Shown here: positions 37,896-43,699 of the stretch, piece by piece
Position numbering within the stretch: the stretch's first letter is position 1
Layout: every line of letters starts with the position of its first letter
Assembly (NCBI GenBank): GCA_009777815.1
Contig: WRLB01000004.1
Coordinates: 1-43,699 of the forward strand
Direction: 5' to 3'
Source of the DNA: Bacteroidota bacterium
GTDB lineage: Bacteria; Bacteroidota; Ignavibacteria; Kapaibacteriales; UBA2268
DNA length: 43,699 bases
Made by a program: the position numbers and the translations under genes
Notes under the pieces: generated by a model
Seen by the model: only the letters and a program-made list of their open reading frames with translations
The model's database searches: none
What the model was told of the DNA's origin: nothing

Positions 37896-38258
37896 CTATA
37901 TAACATTTTCTAAATGTGTAATATCAGGTAAATTAGTTATCATATCTATGGCTATAAAATCTATTCTGCATTCTTGGTTTGTGATATTATGTTTTAGCAT
38001 ATAGCCATTAGCAGCAAAACGAATACTGCGTTTTTTCTTTTCAGTAATAGATAAAAGTGGATGTCCGAAATTATGATTAGTTCTTGTTTTTACTTCAATA
38101 AAAACAAGAACATTGTTTTTATCGGTAGCAATTATATCTATCTCACCTTCTTTTCCAAAATGGAAGTTCTTTTCAATAATGCTATATCCTTTATCTATCA
38201 GATACTTTTCAGCAATACTTTCTCCTTTATTTCCGACATTTTTATTATGTGTATTCAT
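37896..38258 (-). CDS. yraN: YraN (UPF0102) family endonuclease-like protein
   Basis: G..GE..A..YL...GY, GEIDII, VFIEVKTR, RIDFIAI. Confidence 0.92.
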   Translation of the reverse strand: MNTHNKNVGNKGESIAEKYLIDKGYSIIEKNFHFGKEGEIDIIATDKNNVLVFIEVKTRTNHNFGHPLLSITEKKKRSIRFAANGYMLKHNITNQECRIDFIAIDMITNLPDITHLENVI

Positions 38259-40531
38259 TACATTTTAACGACTTTTTGTATTGATTTTGCTTTGTGGTTA
38301 TGTAGTTTTATAAAGTAAGTGCCTGTAGTAAGTTTAGATAAATCTATTTGTTTTTCTGTATCTATTGATGATAAATAAACTAACCTTCCTGTTTCGTCAT
38401 AAACATTTATAATATAAGGCATTTCTGTTGTATTTTCTACTTGTATATTCGCATTTCCGTTTGTTATTGGATTAGGAAAAATGTTAAATACGAAATCTTG
38501 TTCATCGTCTTCTATACCTAATGTTAGATGCTTCATTATTTCGTGTGCATTAATTTTGCCCCATCCCCAGATAGTAGATTTATTTTCTTTAGCATTTCCT
38601 GTATATTCGTCATTAATTGCTGTGATTCGCAATATATCTTTAATTTCAGAATGCGTAAGTTTTGGATTTACTTCGAGCATAAGTGCAACAATTCCTGTTA
38701 CCATTGGCGAAGACATAGATGTTCCTTGTGCGGCAATAAATTCGTATGTAGCGTTAGGAGTTTTGTCTGTAACATATAAATCCTTATAAGCATTAGAGAT
38801 ACCTACAAAACTATGAAGTGCAGAATACAATATACTGCCAGGTGCTGTAATATCAGGTTTAATTCTTCCGTCAGTTAATGGACCTTTAGAACTGAAATTT
38901 GCAATGTTATTAATAGTTTGCGAAGTTGGAGTTTTGTTGCCTGCAAATGGAACTATTGTATCTCGTGTAACATAAGCACCAACAGATATTACTTCCTCTT
39001 CTGTTCCCGGTGAACTAATTGTATAATTTGCATCGGGTTCAATTCCTTGAGTTTTAACTATAAAAGGATGACCATGCGGAGATGATTGATTCCAACAATG
39101 TATTATACCTGAATCTGAAAATATTCTAACAGACATATATGCATCCGCATTCTCTATACCAGATACATAAATGGGGATTATTCTACCGACAATTAAAGGT
39201 TTTTTATTTGTTATATATGGCTCCAAATAAGATTCATAAGCCCACACGTGAACATAAAACCTTCTTGCAGGATTATTAAAAGAAGATATCATTGTATCTA
39301 ATAATAATCCCGAAGAACCTACGGTAGATATAGTAAAAGAATCTGTTAATATCTCAAAATCTTTATCTAAAATTTTAGTTGTTATAGAAAACTCTTTGTC
39401 TATTTCGCCCATCGCATAAAAATAAGCGTAACCCCACTCTAATGTAGATAAAAGGCATTCTACAGATTTAATTGTGTTAGAAAAATTATTTTCAAGATGT
39501 GCTTTTGTATTTCCTACATTTCCTGCTGAAGCAACTAATATTCTGCCTTCAGGATTTTCATTAACCATTTCTTTTATCATTATTCCTGCAGAATGTGTAC
39601 CGTCATTAGGGTATCCTATTGTTCCAAAACTCATATTAATAACTATAGGTTTGCCAACAGAGTCCGCATAACTGAATAAATAATCAATACCTTCAATATA
39701 AGTAGGGCTGTCGTACTTACTAGTTGCATAACTATGTATACCTAATTCAACGATAGCAATATCTGACTTTGTTGCTATTCCCGAATGTGTATACTTTTGT
39801 CCTTCAACTTTTGAACCCGCTGCAATAGCAAGAACATGTGTCCCATGATACTCAGTATTTGAACTATAATCTGAAATAAATTTAATGTCAAAGTCATGAA
39901 GGTCAGTTAAAAGGAAACCAACATCAGAATTTTTAGGTGGCGGAAAAAATTCCAACAAGATATCATCATCAATATATGCATAAGGCACCCAAGCCCGCTT
40001 AATGCGTCCCTTTCCGTTTTCATCTGAAAACATTGGATGAGTAAAATCAAAACCATAATCTAAAACGCCAACAATTACACCTTCACCAAAATAAGAACGC
40101 TCAAGGTCTATACCTTGATGAACCTTATCTACATTAGAAGATTGCAATGCCTTATCTAAAAGTGGCTGTGGCTGTTTTGCAATCTCAATAAGTTCTACAA
40201 AATTAAAAGCAGATAATTGCTCTATTTTATCTATCGGAACAGACAGCAAAGCAACGCTTTTAGTTTTTACTAACTCTTTGCAACCAAGATTTTCAACTTG
40301 CAATTTGGAATAATTTTCGTTTACTTTTATATAAAGTTTAGTATATTCAATTCCATTTTTGGATTGCAAAAAGTAATCTTTTGATTTGATTTTATTATTT
40401 AAGATACTTTTATTTTCGTGCATTTTTAGGAACACATAAGTATCTGCGGTCAGTTTATTATTATAGTTTTCTGCGAACACATTGGCAGAAATCCAAACTG
40501 ATAAAATTAAGATAATAAATATATTTTTCAT
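38258..40531 (-). CDS. S8 subtilisin-like serine protease with T9SS type-A sorting domain
   Basis: Signal peptide; triad VLDYG, HGTHV, GTSMS; KPDITAPG; CTD IFPNP...GTYFIKL...QKVVKM. Confidence 0.93.
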   Translation of the reverse strand: MKNIFIILILSVWISANVFAENYNNKLTADTYVFLKMHENKSILNNKIKSKDYFLQSKNGIEYTKLYIKVNENYSKLQVENLGCKELVKTKSVALLSVPIDKIEQLSAFNFVELIEIAKQPQPLLDKALQSSNVDKVHQGIDLERSYFGEGVIVGVLDYGFDFTHPMFSDENGKGRIKRAWVPYAYIDDDILLEFFPPPKNSDVGFLLTDLHDFDIKFISDYSSNTEYHGTHVLAIAAGSKVEGQKYTHSGIATKSDIAIVELGIHSYATSKYDSPTYIEGIDYLFSYADSVGKPIVINMSFGTIGYPNDGTHSAGIMIKEMVNENPEGRILVASAGNVGNTKAHLENNFSNTIKSVECLLSTLEWGYAYFYAMGEIDKEFSITTKILDKDFEILTDSFTISTVGSSGLLLDTMISSFNNPARRFYVHVWAYESYLEPYITNKKPLIVGRIIPIYVSGIENADAYMSVRIFSDSGIIHCWNQSSPHGHPFIVKTQGIEPDANYTISSPGTEEEVISVGAYVTRDTIVPFAGNKTPTSQTINNIANFSSKGPLTDGRIKPDITAPGSILYSALHSFVGISNAYKDLYVTDKTPNATYEFIAAQGTSMSSPMVTGIVALMLEVNPKLTHSEIKDILRITAINDEYTGNAKENKSTIWGWGKINAHEIMKHLTLGIEDDEQDFVFNIFPNPITNGNANIQVENTTEMPYIINVYDETGRLVYLSSIDTEKQIDLSKLTTGTYFIKLHNHKAKSIQKVVKM

Positions 40532-40690
40532 AACACGTTAATTATTTATTTTACAAATATAAAGAAAAGATTTTAATTATCAACCTTTAGGTAAAATTAT
40601 ACAAAAATAACAAATGTGACAATTTTTCTAAATATATTTTTTAATAAAATATGTGGATTAATTCCTACTAAAATAGAAAACAGGTCTCCA

Positions 40691-41425
40691 TTAATAATAG
40701 TATTCGTCAGGCAACTCAATTAAATTGAATAAGAAATTCAATCCTAATTGAATAGAAGCAGGGCGAGGATTATAGTAATTTGTAATTATTTGATTCCCTA
40801 ACGCCGGAACTACATTCTTTAACGGATCGTTATTAACAAAATCAGTATATACACCATTTAGCGCATAACTTGCATTGAAAAATATATTTAATCTTCCAAC
40901 CTTATCGTAATACAACGGATGCGTATAACCTGCTTTAAACTCTATTAAGTTCTGCAACTTATCTGTATTTATATTAATTCCTATCCAATCGGCAGAAACA
41001 GGGAATCCAACAGAAAAACCAAGTTTAATACCGCAATGACTAAAAGTCGGACTAATAGTTATATAACTAAAACGCATTCTATCTTGCGTTAAATAATTTT
41101 TTGTATCAGCATCGTAGTTATATTTCATCAGAAAACTATTGGTATTATATCCAATATCAAGATACAAACCCAAATTATATTCAAAATCTAAAGGAATATA
41201 AGTTGTAATTCCAACATCGGGAACATTGTTAAATGCGAAACCATTTTTTCGTCCTTGTGGATTAGGGAAGCCATTGATTGCACATTTATAGCCAATAGAA
41301 AGTCCTAACTCAGGCGGAAAATATTGTTCTTCTTGGGCTGTTAGTTTAATACTTGAAATGCAAAACAGCACTAAAATTAAGGTTATTACTATTTTTTGTA
41401 GCATATTTTTATTCTTATTTTTCAT
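40691..41425 (-). CDS. Predicted outer-membrane beta-barrel protein
   Basis: Signal peptide (LTA-Q), alternating strands, final strand SIQLGLNFLF; start may be the second Met. Confidence 0.65.
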   Translation of the reverse strand: MKNKNKNMLQKIVITLILVLFCISSIKLTAQEEQYFPPELGLSIGYKCAINGFPNPQGRKNGFAFNNVPDVGITTYIPLDFEYNLGLYLDIGYNTNSFLMKYNYDADTKNYLTQDRMRFSYITISPTFSHCGIKLGFSVGFPVSADWIGININTDKLQNLIEFKAGYTHPLYYDKVGRLNIFFNASYALNGVYTDFVNNDPLKNVVPALGNQIITNYYNPRPASIQLGLNFLFNLIELPDEYYY

Positions 41426-41490
41426 TAATTATCGGATATAAAGTGTTATTTCTTTATAATGAACTTATAAAAATTGTGCCAAAAAATGCA

Positions 41491-41516
41491 GTTATGCTGA
41501 ATATATTAAGCATAAC
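41491..41516. repeat. Family-A-derived hairpin
   Basis: GTTATGCTGAATATATTAAGCATAAC. Confidence 0.55.
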
Positions 41517-41729
41517 GCAAAAATTGAAAAAACATTTTTTACATTATTTTTGTAGAATACTGCAATTTGATGCTATAAAAAGCATTATTGATGTATTTTT
41601 AATAGCGAATTTGAAATCGGTAGACACCAAATTAGAATAAATTAAAATACATATTTTAACAGGGAATTAGTTCATTAATTACATATATTATACTGTGCTT
41701 GATGCGGCATATTATAATTATGTGCTATT

Positions 41730-41762
41730 GTCATTGCAAGACGATTTATTGACGTGGCAAGT
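41730..41762 (+). repeat. Family-C palindrome (GTCATTGC...GCAA)
   Basis: GTCATTGCAAGACGATTTATTGACGTGGCAAGT; partial relative GCCATTGCGAGCAA at 27311. Confidence 0.45.
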
Positions 41763-41846
41763 TGCATTAAAAAAATAATATAAAAATTGCTATCTAAATA
41801 AATAAATCGGAAATCATTATATTTGCAAATAATATCTTATAATAGT

Positions 41847-42563
41847 ATGTTTGTTCTTAATACAGATACAATTAATGAAATAAATAATTTTTCGGTTTGG
41901 ATAGATATATGTAATACATCAGGGAGTGCTATTCTTATTAATAAAAGTGCAAATTGGACATCCTTTGATGTTGTCGCTAAAATGCGAAATATAACTAAAA
42001 TAAGAAAAATAGGACATTGCGGAACACTTGATCCTTTTGCTACGGGCTTGCTGATTCTATGTTTAGGAAAAGGAACAAAACAAATATCTACTTTCCAAAA
42101 TCTTCCCAAACAATATAATGCAACTATTAAAATCGGTGCTACTACTAAATCAAGTGATATAGAACAACCCGAAGAAAATATTTGCGACATTTCACATATA
42201 AAAAATAATGATATTGAGGATGTTATTAATTCTTTCAATGGTATTATTATGCAAGTTCCACCGATGTTTTCTGCTAAAAAAATTAAAGGACGTAAATTAT
42301 ATGAACTTGCTCGTAAAAATATAGAAATAGAACTTCCTGCTGTAGAAGTTAATATTCATAGTATTGAAATTAGTAAAATTGATTTGCCTTCAATTAATGT
42401 TATAATTGATTGTTCTAAAGGGACATATATTAGAGCATTAGCAAGAGATATTGGAATTAAATTGGGAGTTGGTGGTTATCTTACGCAACTTAAACGAACC
42501 AAAATTGGCGAACATAATACTACTAATGCCTTCACTATTGATGAGTTGCAATCTATAATTTAA
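41847..42563 (+). CDS. truB: tRNA pseudouridine(55) synthase
   Basis: GHCGTLDPFATGLL, QVPPMFSAKK..G.KLY.LAR, CSKGTYIRALARD. Confidence 0.97.
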   Translation: MFVLNTDTINEINNFSVWIDICNTSGSAILINKSANWTSFDVVAKMRNITKIRKIGHCGTLDPFATGLLILCLGKGTKQISTFQNLPKQYNATIKIGATTKSSDIEQPEENICDISHIKNNDIEDVINSFNGIIMQVPPMFSAKKIKGRKLYELARKNIEIELPAVEVNIHSIEISKIDLPSINVIIDCSKGTYIRALARDIGIKLGVGGYLTQLKRTKIGEHNTTNAFTIDELQSII

Positions 42564-42655
42564 GAGATGCTAAAACAAGTTCAGCATAACTAATTTCTAA
42601 CACAGGGATTAATCCCCGTGCTAAGTGTATATTATGCCGAACTTATTTCAGCATA
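42564..42655. repeat. Composite A-B-A repeat cluster between convergent genes
   Basis: GAGATGCTAAAACAAGTTCAGCATAAC, TAACACAGGGATTAATCCCCGTGCTA, TTATGCCGAACTTATTTCAGCAT. Confidence 0.85.
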
Positions 42656-42725
42656 TCATTATTTATGTGGACGTTATTGATTGCTTTTTGTCGCTAATAT
42701 TTCACCTACGGTAGAACCATAGAAA

Positions 42726-43250
42726 CTATAAACTTTTTAAAGCAACCATATAAATTTGTGCTGTTTTTGCCGGTTTAGATTCCATAATATCTAATTGAAT
42801 AGCGTATTTGGGAGTATCAAAATTCCACAATGGCATTAATATTCCCATCATTGTAGGAATTTCTTCTATTGTGCCATCGTCATCGTAATTTCCTTTTGAA
42901 GGAACAATTGATGCTGTTAAATCAAAAATATACTGCACAAATGCTAAATACTCAGCATCAAAATCTTCCGCAGTTGTTGTAAACTGAATAGAATAAGAAG
43001 GAGCAGAACTTTGTCTTTTACCTTCTTTAAACGTCCAACCTACAGGGGCAGTGATGTCAAATCCATAAACATCTTTAATTACAGTTTGCCAATTGCTTGC
43101 TGTTAGGTCTGATGTATTGTTATCACCAGTGGGATTATTTGGCTTTTCATTTTCGCTACAAGCCGTAGCAATAAACAAAACTGATAGAATTGCTATAAAG
43201 TTTTGTTTAAACAGGTTCGTTTTGCCTGAAAATTGATTTAAATAAAACAT
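42726..43250 (-). CDS. Hypothetical lipoprotein
   Basis: Lipobox ATA-C followed by a low-complexity N/P/T linker. Confidence 0.75.
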   Translation of the reverse strand: MFYLNQFSGKTNLFKQNFIAILSVLFIATACSENEKPNNPTGDNNTSDLTASNWQTVIKDVYGFDITAPVGWTFKEGKRQSSAPSYSIQFTTTAEDFDAEYLAFVQYIFDLTASIVPSKGNYDDDGTIEEIPTMMGILMPLWNFDTPKYAIQLDIMESKPAKTAQIYMVALKSL

Positions 43251-43325
43251 AAAATTTAATAATTTATTTTATAAAAAAATGTTCGTTTTTATAGAATGCA
43301 ATAATAAGAAAAATAAATGAAAAAA

Positions 43326-43697
43326 TTATAAAGCAACTTGTGGTTCTTCTGTTAATACGTCTTTGTTTTTAAAAACATCAGTTATTTTATTTATTATTTC
43401 TTTGAATGTATTTTGTTGTTCTTTAAGTTCAGTTTTAGTTTCAGTTTCTAATTTATCTATTCTTTTATTAGTTGTAGCAATTTGTTGGTTAGTAGCAGTA
43501 ATTTTTTCTTCTACTTTTTGATTAAGATTAGTATGCTTATCTTCTAATCTATCAAATTTAGAGTTTAATTTTTCTATTTCTACTTTTACATTAGTTAATT
43601 CGGTTTTAACATCATCAATTTTATTAGATTGATTAATATGCAAAGCAATTATTACTGCAATTATACCTATGGCAATAGTGATATTAGTAGAAATTAT
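43326..43697 (-). CDS. Membrane-anchored coiled-coil protein, 5'-truncated by window edge
   Basis: Frame stays open to window end (IISTNITIAIGIIAVIIALHINQ...), giving a TM helix before heptad repeats. Confidence 0.7.
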   Translation of the reverse strand: MISTNITIAIGIIAVIIALHINQSNKIDDVKTELTNVKVEIEKLNSKFDRLEDKHTNLNQKVEEKITATNQQIATTNKRIDKLETETKTELKEQQNTFKEIINKITDVFKNKDVLTEEPQVAL

Positions 43698-43699
43698 AA

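Noticed and set aside
41353-41640. 95-aa plus-strand ORF
   Set aside because: Overlaps the start of the opposite-strand barrel gene, contains a repeat hairpin and has no protein-like features.
42615-42642. dif-like site (TGTATA-TTATGCCGAAC)
   Set aside because: XerC arm does not match, and the sequence is explained by adjacent family-B and family-A repeats.

Overview
AT-rich (roughly 30% GC by eye) chromosomal window from an FCB-group bacterium. It is most likely an Ignavibacteria/Kapabacteria-like lineage (inference from T9SS C-terminal sorting domains, Bacteroidetes-type TAnnTTTG promoters and protein style). Housekeeping genes include rpoC, rsmI, gcvT, a phosphohexomutase, nadC, thrS, nusB, dprA, ugd, truB, mreD, a HIT protein and YraN. 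Accessory content includes a TdeIII/MjaII-type restriction-modification pair, two T9SS cargo proteins, a degenerate histidine kinase, a truncated AddB-like gene and an IS630-like remnant. The best candidate for an undescribed system is a three-gene envelope operon (5303-11013): a single-pass membrane protein with a GldM/PorM-like N-terminus, followed by two paralogous predicted outer-membrane barrel proteins. Intergenic DNA is dense in REP-like palindromes of at least three families, one of which sits in-frame inside a gene. There is also an ~80-bp IHF-site-bearing module present twice in inverted orientation, and a 510-bp region with two tandem arrays. No rRNA, tRNA or CRISPR array was seen. 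All family calls come from motif recognition, not from database searches.
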